Positions 49,128 to 60,468 of a stretch of 64,000 nt of DNA are shown here, piece by piece. A model generated the notes under the pieces. It was given only the letters and a program-made list of their open reading frames with translations. It was not told the origin of the DNA and ran no database searches. How positions within the stretch are numbered: position 1 is the first letter of the stretch; every line of letters starts with the position of its first letter. Source of the stretch: Escherichia coli (lineage in GTDB: Bacteria > Pseudomonadota > Gammaproteobacteria > Enterobacterales > Enterobacteriaceae); the NCBI RefSeq assembly GCF_003018255.1, contig NZ_CP027440.1; one strand, given 5' to 3'. A program made the position numbers and the translations under genes.

Positions 49128-49140
49128 CACGTTTCCTCGG

Positions 49141-49728
49141 TTAATCGGTGGGTAAATGCTGAGTAATAAAGTGACGGGTCAGCGAGTGTGCGAGAGGTTT
49201 ATCCAGCGCTTTGCCGCTCAGTGCCGCGCGCAGCCATAATCCGTCAATCAGCGCGGCAAGGCCGTAGCCCGCTTCCTGTGCCTGTTGGCGCGGTAACTCG
49301 CGGCGAAATTCGCTCACCAGATTCGACAATAAGCGGCGGCTACTGACCTGCTGCAAGCGATAGAGCATCGGCTGATGCATACTGCTGGCCCAGAAGGCCA
49401 GCCAGGCTTTCATCGCCGCACTGCTCACCTGGGTTTCATCGAAGTTTCCACCAACAATCGCCTGTAATCGCAGCTCTGCACTGCCCTGCGGAAGTGCATG
49501 TAATCGATTCAAAACCGCGTCACGCAGCTGACTGGTGATATCGCGCATGGTTGCTTCCAGCAGACCATTTTTGTCCCTGAAATAGTGGCTGATGATCCCC
49601 GTAGAAACGCCTGCACGGCGGGCGATCTGCGCGATCGTTGCATCGTGCATGCCCACTTCATTTATTGCTTCCAGCGTGGCGTCGATCAGTTGTCTGCGCC
49701 GGATCGACTGCATCCCCAATTTGGGCAT
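49141..49728 (-). CDS. betI: TetR-family repressor BetI
   Basis: 195 aa from [19 protein letters not shown]. Confidence 0.9.
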   Translation of the reverse strand: MPKLGMQSIRRRQLIDATLEAINEVGMHDATIAQIARRAGVSTGIISHYFRDKNGLLEATMRDITSQLRDAVLNRLHALPQGSAELRLQAIVGGNFDETQVSSAAMKAWLAFWASSMHQPMLYRLQQVSSRRLLSNLVSEFRRELPRQQAQEAGYGLAALIDGLWLRAALSGKALDKPLAHSLTRHFITQHLPTD

Positions 49729-49856
49729 TTTCGCCACTCCATTCATCAGCGTTGTTTATCTATTAAAGCGGTTATTGATTGGACGTTCAATATAAAATGT
49801 GTCTTAATTGTTACGAATTTGATTTTAAATGGTAACAATAACAGTGGGGATACTGG

Positions 49857-51890
49857 ATGACAGACCTTTCACACAGCAGGGAAAAGGACAAAATCAATCC
49901 GGTGGTGTTTTACACTTCCGCCGGACTGATTTTGTTGTTTTCCCTGACAACGATCCTGTTTCGCGACTTCTCGGCCCTGTGGATTGGCCGCACGCTGGAC
50001 TGGGTTTCTAAAACCTTCGGTTGGTACTATCTGCTGGCGGCAACGCTCTATATTGTCTTTGTGGTCTGTATTGCTTGTTCGCGTTTTGGTTCGGTGAAGC
50101 TCGGGCCAGAACAATCCAAACCGGAATTCAGCCTGCTGAGCTGGGCGGCGATGCTGTTTGCTGCCGGGATCGGTATCGACCTGATGTTCTTCTCCGTAGC
50201 CGAACCGGTAACGCAGTATATGCAGCCGCCGGAAGGCGCGGGTCAGACGATTGAGGCCGCGCGTCAGGCGATGGTCTGGACGCTGTTTCACTACGGCTTA
50301 ACCGGCTGGTCGATGTATGCGCTGATGGGCATGGCGCTCGGATACTTTAGCTATCGTTATAATTTGCCGCTCACCATCCGCTCGGCGCTGTACCCGATCT
50401 TCGGTAAACGGATTAACGGGCCGATTGGTCATTCAGTGGATATTGCAGCGGTAATCGGCACCATCTTCGGTATTGCCACTACGCTCGGTATCGGTGTGGT
50501 GCAGCTTAACTATGGCTTGAGCGTACTGTTTGATATTCCCGATTCAATGGCGGCGAAAGCGGCACTGATCGCCTTGTCGGTGATCATCGCCACTATCTCG
50601 GTGACATCCGGTGTTGATAAGGGCATTCGCGTGTTATCGGAACTCAACGTTGCGCTGGCGCTGGGATTGATCCTGTTCGTGTTGTTTATGGGCGACACCT
50701 CGTTCCTGCTTAATGCACTGGTGCTGAATGTTGGCGACTATGTGAATCGCTTTATGGGCATGACGCTCAACAGTTTTGCCTTCGACCGTCCGGTTGAGTG
50801 GATGAATAACTGGACGCTCTTCTTCTGGGCATGGTGGGTGGCATGGTCGCCGTTTGTCGGCTTGTTCCTGGCGCGTATCTCGCGTGGGCGTACCATTCGC
50901 CAGTTCGTGCTGGGCACGTTGATTATTCCGTTTACCTTCACGCTGTTATGGCTCTCGGTATTCGGCAATAGCGCGCTGTATGAAATCATCCACGGCGGCG
51001 CGGCATTTGCCGAGGAAGCGATGGTCCATCCGGAGCGCGGCTTCTACAGCCTGCTGGCGCAATATCCGGCGTTTACCTTTAGCGCCTCCGTCGCCACCAT
51101 TACTGGCCTGCTGTTTTATGTGACCTCGGCGGACTCCGGTGCGCTGGTGCTGGGGAATTTCACCTCGCAGCTTAAAGATATCAACAGCGACGCCCCCGGC
51201 TGGCTGCGCGTCTTCTGGTCGGTGGCGATTGGCCTGCTGACGCTCGGCATGCTGATGACCAACGGGATATCCGCGCTGCAAAACACCACGGTAATCATGG
51301 GGCTGCCGTTCAGCTTTGTGATTTTCTTCGTGATGGCGGGGTTGTATAAATCTCTGAAGGTAGAAGATTACCGCCGTGAAAGTGCGAACCGCGATACCGC
51401 GCCGCGACCGCTGGGGCTTCAGGATCGCCTGAGCTGGAAAAAACGTCTCTCGCGCCTGATGAATTATCCGGGCACGCGTTACACTAAACAGATGATGGAG
51501 ACGGTCTGTTACCCGGCAATGGAAGAAGTGGCGCAGGAGCTGCGGTTGCGCGGCGCATACGTGGAGCTAAAAAGCCTGCCGCCGGAAGAGGGACAACAGT
51601 TGGGGCATCTGGATTTGTTGGTGCATATGGGCGAAGAACAAAACTTTGTCTATCAGATTTGGCCGCAGCAATATTCGGTGCCGGGCTTTACCTACCGCGC
51701 ACGTAGCGGTAAATCGACCTACTACCGGCTGGAAACCTTCCTGTTAGAAGGCAGCCAGGGCAACGACCTGATGGACTACAGCAAAGAGCAGGTGATCACC
51801 GATATTCTTGACCAGTACGAGCGGCACCTTAACTTTATTCATCTCCATCGTGAAGCGCCGGGCCATAGCGTGATGTTCCCGGACGCGTGA
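49857..51890 (+). CDS. betT: BCCT-family choline transporter BetT
   Basis: 677-aa polytopic membrane protein, divergent from betI. Confidence 0.95.
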   Translation: MTDLSHSREKDKINPVVFYTSAGLILLFSLTTILFRDFSALWIGRTLDWVSKTFGWYYLLAATLYIVFVVCIACSRFGSVKLGPEQSKPEFSLLSWAAMLFAAGIGIDLMFFSVAEPVTQYMQPPEGAGQTIEAARQAMVWTLFHYGLTGWSMYALMGMALGYFSYRYNLPLTIRSALYPIFGKRINGPIGHSVDIAAVIGTIFGIATTLGIGVVQLNYGLSVLFDIPDSMAAKAALIALSVIIATISVTSGVDKGIRVLSELNVALALGLILFVLFMGDTSFLLNALVLNVGDYVNRFMGMTLNSFAFDRPVEWMNNWTLFFWAWWVAWSPFVGLFLARISRGRTIRQFVLGTLIIPFTFTLLWLSVFGNSALYEIIHGGAAFAEEAMVHPERGFYSLLAQYPAFTFSASVATITGLLFYVTSADSGALVLGNFTSQLKDINSDAPGWLRVFWSVAIGLLTLGMLMTNGISALQNTTVIMGLPFSFVIFFVMAGLYKSLKVEDYRRESANRDTAPRPLGLQDRLSWKKRLSRLMNYPGTRYTKQMMETVCYPAMEEVAQELRLRGAYVELKSLPPEEGQQLGHLDLLVHMGEEQNFVYQIWPQQYSVPGFTYRARSGKSTYYRLETFLLEGSQGNDLMDYSKEQVITDILDQYERHLNFIHLHREAPGHSVMFPDA

Positions 51891-51903
51891 TTGTTATTGC
51901 ATA

Positions 51904-51940
51904 AAACCGCGCCATGTATGCATATGGCGCGGTTTCTCTT
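51904..51940 (+). terminator. Rho-independent terminator of betT
   Basis: aaaccgcgccat-gtatgcat-atggcgcggttt followed by tctctt. Confidence 0.55.
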
Positions 51941-52766
51941 ACCTCTTGATACGTTATATCTGTACAGTTAAGCCCTTAGTATAGATTGATGATTGCCAGG
52001 CAACAGATAATAAAAAAGAAAAGAACTATTGAAGCCCAAAACCTACGTTTGGACTGTTGTGAATGTTCAATAAGCTTAGTCTTAATTAATGTAAATATTG
52101 GTGCTAATTTGAAATGACGCTTTATTCATGGGGAACGCGTAGCGCAAATCAACAAAAATCAATGTAACCATTTGTTGTTTAAGGTTTAATTGTCTGTGCC
52201 TGATATTTTATTGATTGTTTTAAATATTGTTTTTATTGTCATTGTTATAATGTTGGTCATCTATTGCTGAATGGATTCAGTCTTAAGAGGCAGGTTGTTA
52301 AGGGATAGGCATAGAGTAATGACGTGTATGCATAACCAACATCTTTACTCATTATGTCATTGAATGTTGACGCTATGTGTTTATGAGGTTGAGGTATTTT
52401 CAGTTGATCTGGATTGTTAAATTCATATAATGCGCCTTTACTCATGAATGGGCGTCAATACGTAGTGGGAAATTATAAATATCGAAATAGTCCAACTACT
52501 TCTTTATTACCAAAAATGAGTATCTGAATTTTAATATTGCATTCTTGCGTGATTATCTCCTGAGTTTTGACTTGTGATTACCTTTTTAAGGTATTTAGCG
52601 TAACTGTTTCTGAGCGAGCATCAGAGGTAAAGATAATCTTCTTGATAGTGATGTGGGATGTTATACGTATGGCATCGCTAATGTTTATGGTTACCCCTTA
52701 TGTGTGCTCAGGAATCCACAGGTAATCACTCATACTGAACAGCGATAAAAGATAAAAGGTGTGTTC

Positions 52767-53855
52767 ATGAATTCATGTGATTTTCGTGTTTTTCTGCAAG
52801 AGTTCGGTACAACGGTTCATTTGTCATTGCCTGGTAGCGTATCCGAGAAAGAACGACTGCTACTCAAGCTGCTGATGCAGGGAATGTCTGTAACAGAAAT
52901 ATCACAGTACAGAAATCGTAGTGCAAAGACCATTTCACATCAAAAGAAACAGCTCTTTGAGAAACTGGGGATTCAGAGCGATATTACTTTCTGGCGGGAT
53001 ATTTTCTTTCAGTACAATCCGGAGATCATATCCGCCACGGGTAATAATAGTCACAAATATATTAATGATAATCACTATCACCATATCGTCACGCCTGAAG
53101 CCATCAGTCTGGCGTTGGAAAACCATGAATTTAAACCGTGGATCCAACCGGTTTTCTGCGCGCAGACTGGGGTACTGACGGGCTGTGAGGTGCTTGTCCG
53201 CTGGGAACATCCACAAACGGGAATTATCCCACCGGATCAGTTTATTCCTCTGGCGGAGTCATCCGGTCTTATTGTCATAATGACCCGCCAGTTGATGAAA
53301 CAGACTGCGGATATTCTGATGCCGGTAAAACATTTGCTGCCGGACAATTTCCATATTGGCATCAACGTCTCGGCGGGTTGTTTTTTGGCTGCGGGATTTG
53401 AAAAAGAGTGTCTGAACCTGGTTAAGAAATTAGGTAACGATAAAATCAAACTGGTTCTCGAGCTAACGGAACGTAACCCTATTCCGGTAACGCCAGAAGC
53501 CAGAGCGATATTTGACAGCCTTCATCAGCACAACATTACCTTTGCGCTGGATGACTTTGGTACGGGTTATGCGACCTATCGTTACTTGCAGGCGTTCCCG
53601 GTCGATTTTATTAAGATCGATAAGTCATTTGTGCAAATGGCGAGCGTGGACGAAATATCCGGTCATATTGTGGACAATATTGTCGAACTGGCGCGTAAGC
53701 CTGGTCTGAGTATCGTGGCGGAAGGGGTAGAAACCCAGGAGCAGGCGGATTTAATGATCGGCAAAGGCGTTCACTTTTTGCAGGGCTATTTGTACTCTCC
53801 GCCAGTACCGGGTAATAAATTTATCTCTGAATGGGTAATGAAAGCAGGTGGTTGA
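52767..53855 (+). CDS. pdeL: c-di-GMP phosphodiesterase PdeL (LuxR HTH + EAL domain)
   Basis: 362 aa from MNSCDFRVF; N-terminal LuxR HTH and C-terminal EAL domain. Confidence 0.85.
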   Translation: MNSCDFRVFLQEFGTTVHLSLPGSVSEKERLLLKLLMQGMSVTEISQYRNRSAKTISHQKKQLFEKLGIQSDITFWRDIFFQYNPEIISATGNNSHKYINDNHYHHIVTPEAISLALENHEFKPWIQPVFCAQTGVLTGCEVLVRWEHPQTGIIPPDQFIPLAESSGLIVIMTRQLMKQTADILMPVKHLLPDNFHIGINVSAGCFLAAGFEKECLNLVKKLGNDKIKLVLELTERNPIPVTPEARAIFDSLHQHNITFALDDFGTGYATYRYLQAFPVDFIKIDKSFVQMASVDEISGHIVDNIVELARKPGLSIVAEGVETQEQADLMIGKGVHFLQGYLYSPPVPGNKFISEWVMKAGG

Positions 53856-53896
53856 TGTAAACCGCTATTCACAGCGCATCGGGAGGTTGGCAGCGA

Positions 53897-54829
53897 TTAA
53901 TTCTCCCGATGCAGTAAATCCTGATAGATCCCCGTTAATATGCCATTTGGCGAAAATTGTTTTTTAATCCACTGCGTCACCTGACCCGTAGCAGAATGCT
54001 GAGTTGCGAGTAACATGCGTGAATCCTGGCGCGGATTATGGATTTGTCGGGTAACCAGCAGGGATTGCGCCATCGCCTCACGGACCATGTAATCCGGCAA
54101 AAAACCAATTCCTTCACCTAAAATCTGGCACTGACATTTGGTGTTGAAATCTGGCACCAGAATCGACTCCTGCCCATGCAGCAACCAGCCCACTTTTTTA
54201 TTAATCGTATGCGCGGTGTCCTCCACCATGATATTGGGGTAAAGACGCAGCTGGCTTTCGGCGATCGGCTCCGGCACAAAGGCTAATGGGTGATCCGGGG
54301 CGATAGCAAAAGCCCAGCGAATTGCGCCAATCTCCGTGTAATCAATGCCGCCGCCGTCCAGCAGCGTATCGGGTGCGCCGATAGCAATATTCGCCTGATT
54401 ATTAATAATCGCATCCCAGACGCCGTTATACACTTCGGTCGTCACGGTAATCTGGCAGGTTGGAAACTGCTTTTTCAGTACCTGTAATAAGCGTGCGGTG
54501 TGTTTGGGCGTATAAAGCAGTTGGTTAATACAAATGCGCACCCGTGCTTCTATACCCTGCGAAATAGTATCGATGCTGCGTTTGATGGCGTGAAAATCAT
54601 TCAGCAGGTCGGTAGCTTTGCGGAAAAAATAACGCCCGGACTCCGTTAACTCAATGCTTCGGGTACTGCGAGTGAACAGCACCACATCCAGCCCTGTTTC
54701 CATTCGCTTGATGGTGTAGCTAATGGCGGAAGTGGTTAAACCCAACTCTTCTGCGGCTTTACTGAAACTGCCAAAACGCGCAGCGGTAGTAAATGCCAAC
54801 AGATTCTCTTCGGTAAAAATTGAGTTCAT
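53897..54829 (-). CDS. yahB: LysR-family transcriptional regulator YahB
   Basis: 310-aa ORF with N-terminal HTH. Confidence 0.85.
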   Translation of the reverse strand: MNSIFTEENLLAFTTAARFGSFSKAAEELGLTTSAISYTIKRMETGLDVVLFTRSTRSIELTESGRYFFRKATDLLNDFHAIKRSIDTISQGIEARVRICINQLLYTPKHTARLLQVLKKQFPTCQITVTTEVYNGVWDAIINNQANIAIGAPDTLLDGGGIDYTEIGAIRWAFAIAPDHPLAFVPEPIAESQLRLYPNIMVEDTAHTINKKVGWLLHGQESILVPDFNTKCQCQILGEGIGFLPDYMVREAMAQSLLVTRQIHNPRQDSRMLLATQHSATGQVTQWIKKQFSPNGILTGIYQDLLHREN

Positions 54830-54920
54830 TAAACCATTCCCGCCATTATCGAATATGAATTTCTCCAGCTATGACTGTAGAGGTATCGGTTAAAGATAGA
54901 TAATCATTTTTGAATAACTT

Positions 54921-55418
54921 TTAATACCCGTCGCGTTTAGTCGTCGCTTCGCTTAATTTTTGTCCGCCATATTCTGAAATTATCCCCACGCAGTTACCCG
55001 CCAGAAAACCCAGTAATGTCACCGTCCAGTTCATCCCGCTGGCAAAAAATAGCGTCATGCCGAGAAAGCCTCCGGGAATAAAAGACAGTAAACCGAAACG
55101 TCCTTGCCAGACCACCACCGCCGAGAAGGGTACAGTCATAATCACGCTCGCCCAGAACCCGGAAATCCCACTTACAGAGGCCAGCCAGCCGGCAGCCAGC
55201 GCGGCGAAAAAGGCCCACACCATCCCGAAATAATTAACCGCCAGACTTCTGATAAACCCCGATTTACCGCCGCCTGCGGCATAAAAACTGCAAAAGGCGA
55301 CGAAGCCAATGGTTCCTAATAATTCCCATCCCTGAGAGAGCCCGACATGTGAAGACACTAACTGCCAAAGCCCTGCACAAATACCGACGGTGACACCCGT
55401 TGCCGTGAGTCCGTTCAT
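54921..55418 (-). CDS. yahC: Inner membrane protein YahC
   Basis: 165-aa hydrophobic ORF. Confidence 0.8.
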   Translation of the reverse strand: MNGLTATGVTVGICAGLWQLVSSHVGLSQGWELLGTIGFVAFCSFYAAGGGKSGFIRSLAVNYFGMVWAFFAALAAGWLASVSGISGFWASVIMTVPFSAVVVWQGRFGLLSFIPGGFLGMTLFFASGMNWTVTLLGFLAGNCVGIISEYGGQKLSEATTKRDGY

Positions 55419-55675
55419 CTTGTTCCCCTCTGGTTAGACATGGACGAAAGCTACTCTTACATGTGCAGACTATAGAGAAATAAAACCTGATTGAGTGAAA
55501 GGGTATCGGGTCAAAGAAACAAATATTGCACTACCGCACACTGCGAAAAGATTGTTGAACATCATTCAACAAAAAGGCGAAATACGGCGAATTAAATTTA
55601 AGCGGGTTCTTTTATCAGATTATCGTTGCTATTCTCAATTCATCGAAAACAGCCACAAAAACCAGGGGAATGTGA

Positions 55676-56281
55676 ATGACTATAAAAAATCTACCTGCCG
55701 ACTATTTATTGGCTGCGCAACAGGGTGATATCGATAAAGTAAAAACCTGCCTTGCGCTGGGTGTCGATATTAATACCTGCGATCGTCAGGGGAAAACGGC
55801 AATTACGCTGGCAAGTTTATATCAGCAATATGCTTGCGTTCAGGCATTAATTGATGCCGGAGCGGATATTAATAAGCAAGATCATACCTGTTTAAATCCT
55901 TTTTTAATTAGCTGTCTGAACGATGATTTAACGCTACTACGAATTATTTTACCGGCTAAACCCGATCTTAATTGCGTCACCCGTTTTGGCGGTGTCGGCC
56001 TGACGCCTGCCTGTGAAAAAGGCCATTTAAATATTGTAAAAGAGCTTTTGGCGCATACGGAGATTAACGTTAACCAGACCAACCATGTTGGCTGGACGCC
56101 GCTACTGGAAGCGATTGTGCTTAATGATGGCGGGATTAAACAGCAGGCGATTGTCCAGTTATTGCTGGAACACGGTGCCAGCCCGCACATGACGGATAAA
56201 TATGGCAAAACGCCGCTGGAACTGGCGCGGGAACGAGGCTTTGAAGAGATTGCGCAGTTACTGATTGCCGCAGGTGCATAA
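55676..56281 (+). CDS. yahD: Ankyrin-repeat protein YahD
   Basis: 201-aa ORF with ankyrin repeats. Confidence 0.85.
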   Translation: MTIKNLPADYLLAAQQGDIDKVKTCLALGVDINTCDRQGKTAITLASLYQQYACVQALIDAGADINKQDHTCLNPFLISCLNDDLTLLRIILPAKPDLNCVTRFGGVGLTPACEKGHLNIVKELLAHTEINVNQTNHVGWTPLLEAIVLNDGGIKQQAIVQLLLEHGASPHMTDKYGKTPLELARERGFEEIAQLLIAAGA

Positions 56282-56320
56282 ACCGGGAGGCTTGCTATCA
56301 ACACACCAGAAAGACGGTGT

Positions 56321-57184
56321 GTGTGGGCGCTAACTGCGGATGCTGATTTTCTGGCGCAGCGGGGGCAAGGACAGGTTGAACAGGTCTTTGCCAGAGCGGT
56401 AAATATCGCACTTCCGGCCCGCCAGCAGTTGCTGACGCTGCTTTGTGAAGAGTACGACAATGCGCCAAACAGTTGTCGGTTGGCACTCACTCACTTTGAT
56501 GGTCTGTTCCGGCATGGTGATAAGGTTCAGTTTGACGATCAAGGCATTACGGTTGGTCAACATCTTCATATAGAGATGAGTCGTTGTCGGCGTTGGCTGT
56601 CCCCAACCTTGCAAATGGCCGCTGTGAATTTTCACCTTATCGCCTGGCAACAGTGGCATGACATTATTCATCAGCACCTGGGGGAAAATGAAACCCTGTT
56701 TAATTATTGCGGCGATAATCCGTTTTATCAGGCGTTAAATAAAGAATTACATATTAAACGACGGGCAGTTATTCAGGCCGTAAACGATAAACAAAATATC
56801 GCCTCAGCAGTCGCCAGTATGATGGGCTTAGGGATTGGCCTTACGCCATCAGCCGACGATTATTTAACAGGTCTGGCGCTTATTTTATTTATTTCCGGAC
56901 ATCCGGCGGAAAAATACAAAGAGGAATTTTATCTCGGTCTGCAATGCGGCAGAAATAATACCACGTTATTAAGTGCCATAACGCTGGAAGCCGCATTACA
57001 ACAACGCTGCCGGGAAAATATTCATCGTTTTATTCATAACATTATTTATGACATCCCTGGGAACGCAACTCAGGCAATAGAAAAAATTAAACATATTGGC
57101 TCCAGTTCCGGCTGCGACATGCTGTATGGCATGGCCGATGGTTGTGCGCTGAGCCAAACCTACGGAGGGAATTATGTCAGTTAA
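56321..57184 (+). CDS. yahE: Uncharacterised protein YahE
   Basis: 287-aa ORF; overlaps yahF start. Confidence 0.8.
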   Translation: MWALTADADFLAQRGQGQVEQVFARAVNIALPARQQLLTLLCEEYDNAPNSCRLALTHFDGLFRHGDKVQFDDQGITVGQHLHIEMSRCRRWLSPTLQMAAVNFHLIAWQQWHDIIHQHLGENETLFNYCGDNPFYQALNKELHIKRRAVIQAVNDKQNIASAVASMMGLGIGLTPSADDYLTGLALILFISGHPAEKYKEEFYLGLQCGRNNTTLLSAITLEAALQQRCRENIHRFIHNIIYDIPGNATQAIEKIKHIGSSSGCDMLYGMADGCALSQTYGGNYVS

Positions 57185-58721
57185 AATAGTCATTAAACCG
57201 AATACCTATTTTGATTCTGTCTCGCTGATGTCTATCTCCACGCGTGCAAATAAACTCGACGGCGTCGAGCAGGCATTTGTGGCGATGGCGACCGAAATGA
57301 ACAAAGGCGTGCTGAGGAATTTAGGACTGCTGACGCCGGAACTGGAGCAGGCGAAAAACGGTGACCTGATGATTGTCATCAATGGTAAATCGGGTGCGGA
57401 CAACGAGCAGTTGCTGGTGGAGATTGAAGAACTGTTCAACAGCAAAGCGCAAAGTGGCTCGCACGAGGCGCGTTACGCCACTATTGCCAGCGCCAAAAAG
57501 CATATCCCGGAAAGTAACCTGGCGGTGATTTCGGTCAACGGTCTGTTTGCCGCTCGCGAAGCGCGTCAGGCGCTGCAAAACGATCTTAACGTGATGCTGT
57601 TTTCCGATAACGTCTCAGTTGAAGATGAACTGGCGCTCAAACAGTTGGCCCACGAAAAAGGGCTGCTGATGATGGGGCCAGACTGCGGTACGGCGATTAT
57701 CAACGGCGCGGCGCTCTGCTTTGGTAACGCCGTGCGTCGCGGCAACATCGGCATTGTTGGCGCATCCGGCACCGGTAGCCAGGAACTGAGCGTCCGCATT
57801 CATGAATTTGGCGGCGGCGTTTCGCAACTGATCGGCACCGGCGGGCGGGACCTGAGCGAGAAAATCGGCGGCCTGATGATGCTCGACGCTATCGGGATGC
57901 TGGAAAACGATCCGCAAACTGAAATCATTGTGCTTATCTCCAAACCGCCAGCGCCTGCGGTGGCCCGCAAAGTGCTGGAACGCGCACGCGCCTGCCGTAA
58001 GCCAGTGGTAGTCTGCTTCCTCGGTCGTGGCGAAACGCCAGTGGATGAGCAGGGGCTACAGTTTGCTCGCGGCACCAAAGAAGCGGCACTAAAAGCGGTG
58101 ATGCTCTCCGGTATGAAACAAGAACATCTCGACTTGCATACCCTGAACCAGCCGTTGATTGCGGATGTGCGTGCGCGTATGCAACCGCAGCAGAAATACA
58201 TTCGTGGCCTGTTCTGCGGCGGCACGCTGTGTGACGAAACCATGTTTGCGGTGATGGAAAAACATGGCGATGTCTACAGCAACATTCAGCCCGATCCTGA
58301 ATTCCGCCTGCAAGATATCAACCGCAGCGTCAAACATACCTTCCTCGACTTTGGCGATGACGATTTTACCAACGGCAAGCCGCATCCAATGATTGACCCG
58401 ACCAACCGCATCAGCCGGTTGATCGAAGAAGCGCGCGATCCAGAAGTGGCGGTGATCGTGATGGATTTTGTGCTCGGGTTTGGATCGCATGAAGATCCGG
58501 TCGGTTCCACCATCGAGGCGATCAAAGAGGCGAAAGCGATCGCCGCTGCCGAAGGGCGCGAGTTGATCATTCTCGCCTATGTGCTGGGTACCGATCTCGA
58601 TACGCCATCGTTAGAACAACAAAGCCAGATGTTGCTTGATGCCGGAGTGATTCTGGCCAGCAGCAGCACCAATACCGGATTGCTGGCGCGTGAATTTATC
58701 TGCAAAGGGGAGGAAGCCTGA
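57174..58721 (+). CDS. yahF: FdrA-like protein YahF (CoA-binding, succinyl-CoA synthetase alpha-like fold)
   Basis: 515-aa ORF. Confidence 0.85.
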   Translation: MSVKIVIKPNTYFDSVSLMSISTRANKLDGVEQAFVAMATEMNKGVLRNLGLLTPELEQAKNGDLMIVINGKSGADNEQLLVEIEELFNSKAQSGSHEARYATIASAKKHIPESNLAVISVNGLFAAREARQALQNDLNVMLFSDNVSVEDELALKQLAHEKGLLMMGPDCGTAIINGAALCFGNAVRRGNIGIVGASGTGSQELSVRIHEFGGGVSQLIGTGGRDLSEKIGGLMMLDAIGMLENDPQTEIIVLISKPPAPAVARKVLERARACRKPVVVCFLGRGETPVDEQGLQFARGTKEAALKAVMLSGMKQEHLDLHTLNQPLIADVRARMQPQQKYIRGLFCGGTLCDETMFAVMEKHGDVYSNIQPDPEFRLQDINRSVKHTFLDFGDDDFTNGKPHPMIDPTNRISRLIEEARDPEVAVIVMDFVLGFGSHEDPVGSTIEAIKEAKAIAAAEGRELIILAYVLGTDLDTPSLEQQSQMLLDAGVILASSSTNTGLLAREFICKGEEA

Positions 58722-60139
58722 TGAGCCCGTCACTGTTTAGCCAACCGTTGAACGTTATTAACGTCGGTATCGCCATGTTTAGCGATGATCTGAAAAAGCA
58801 GCATGTAGAAGTGACCCAACTCGACTGGACGCCGCCGGGGCAGGGCAATATGCAGGTGGTGCAGGCGCTGGACAACATTGCCGATTCCCCGCTGGCGGAC
58901 AAAATCGCCGCCGCTAACCAGCAGGCGCTGGAGCGCATTATCCAGTCGCATCCGGTGCTGATTGGTTTTGATCAGGCGATTAACGTGGTGCCGGGTATGA
59001 CGCCGAAAACCATTCTTCACGCCGGGCCGCCGATCACCTGGGAAAAAATGTGTGGCGCGATGAAAGGCGCGGTCACCGGAGCGCTGGTGTTCGAAGGGCT
59101 GGCGAAAGATCTCGATGAGGCGGCTGAACTGGCTGCCTCCGGGGAGATCACCTTCTCGCCGTGCCACGAGCACGACTGCGTGGGTTCGATGGCGGGTGTT
59201 ACCTCGGCCTCGATGTTTATGCACATCGTAAAAAACAAAACCTACGGCAACATCGCTTACACCAATATGAGCGAGCAGATGGCGAAGATTTTGCGTATGG
59301 GCGCTAACGACCAGAGCGTGATTGACCGCCTCAACTGGATGCGCGATGTGCAGGGGCCCATACTGCGCGACGCGATGAAAATTATCGGCGAAATCGATCT
59401 GCGCTTAATGCTGGCGCAAGCGCTGCATATGGGCGATGAGTGCCATAACCGCAATAACGCCGGGACGACGCTGCTGATTCAGGCGCTGACGCCAGGGATT
59501 ATTCAGGCGGGCTATTCCGTCGAACAACAGCGGGAAGTGTTTGAGTTTGTCGCCAGCAGCGACTACTTCTCCGGCCCGACGTGGATGGCGATGTGTAAAG
59601 CGGCGATGGATGCGGCGCACGGCATTGAATACAGCACTGTGGTCACCACCATGGCGCGTAACGGCGTCGAGTTCGGCCTGCGGGTCAGCGGCCTGCCGGG
59701 GCAATGGTTTACCGGCCCGGCGCAGCAGGTGATCGGCCCGATGTTTGCCGGTTATAAGCCGGAAGATTCGGGGCTGGATATCGGCGACAGCGCCATCACT
59801 GAAACCTACGGCATTGGCGGATTTGCCATGGCGACCGCGCCTGCAATCGTTGCGCTGGTGGGCGGCACGGTGGAAGAGGCTATCGATTTCTCCCGCCAGA
59901 TGCGTGAAATCACTCTCGGTGAAAACCCCAACGTCACCATTCCGCTGCTCGGTTTTATGGGGGTGCCGACGGCAATCGACATCACCCGCGTGGGCAGTAG
60001 CGGCATTCTGCCGGTGATCAACACCGCCATCGCCCATAAAGATGCGGGCGTCGGCATGATTGGCGCGGGCATTGTGCATCCACCATTCGCCTGCTTCGAG
60101 AAAGCCATTCTTGGCTGGTGCGAACGTTACGGCGTCTGA
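58721..60139 (+). CDS. yahG: DUF1116 protein YahG
   Basis: 472-aa ORF; 1-nt overlap with yahF stop. Confidence 0.85.
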   Translation: MSPSLFSQPLNVINVGIAMFSDDLKKQHVEVTQLDWTPPGQGNMQVVQALDNIADSPLADKIAAANQQALERIIQSHPVLIGFDQAINVVPGMTPKTILHAGPPITWEKMCGAMKGAVTGALVFEGLAKDLDEAAELAASGEITFSPCHEHDCVGSMAGVTSASMFMHIVKNKTYGNIAYTNMSEQMAKILRMGANDQSVIDRLNWMRDVQGPILRDAMKIIGEIDLRLMLAQALHMGDECHNRNNAGTTLLIQALTPGIIQAGYSVEQQREVFEFVASSDYFSGPTWMAMCKAAMDAAHGIEYSTVVTTMARNGVEFGLRVSGLPGQWFTGPAQQVIGPMFAGYKPEDSGLDIGDSAITETYGIGGFAMATAPAIVALVGGTVEEAIDFSRQMREITLGENPNVTIPLLGFMGVPTAIDITRVGSSGILPVINTAIAHKDAGVGMIGAGIVHPPFACFEKAILGWCERYGV

Positions 60140-60149
60140 GTTACATGTT

Positions 60150-60422
60150 TATGCCGGATGCGACATGAATGTCTTATCCGGCCTACGAATGGCGCGGAAA
60201 TCTGTAGGCCTGATAAGCGTGGCGCTTCAGGCATTGGCCACCACAGCCGGATGCGACGTGAACGCCTTATCCGGCCTACGAATGGCACGGAAATCTGTAG
60301 GCCTGATAAGCGTAGCGCATCAGGCATTGGTCACCACAGCCGGATGCGGCGTGAACGCCTTATCCGGCCTACGAGTGGCGCAAGAATCTGTAGGCCTGAT
60401 AAGCGTAGCGCATCAGGCAGTC
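60150..60422. repeat. REP/BIME array: three tandem units of about 95 bp, each with a pair of inverted REP sequences
   Basis: gccggatgcgacgtgaacgccttatccggcctac ... tgtaggcctgataagcgtagcgcatcaggc repeated three times between yahG and yahI. Confidence 0.8.
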
Positions 60423-60468
60423 TGGCGTTGGTCATAACCCCATCACCCTCTGTAGCGGACATAAAAAT

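Noticed and set aside
60150-60422. Possible CRISPR array (regular repeats)
   Set aside because: The units are about 95 bp, contain REP-type palindromes and have no unique spacers or adjacent cas genes; this is a BIME/REP array.
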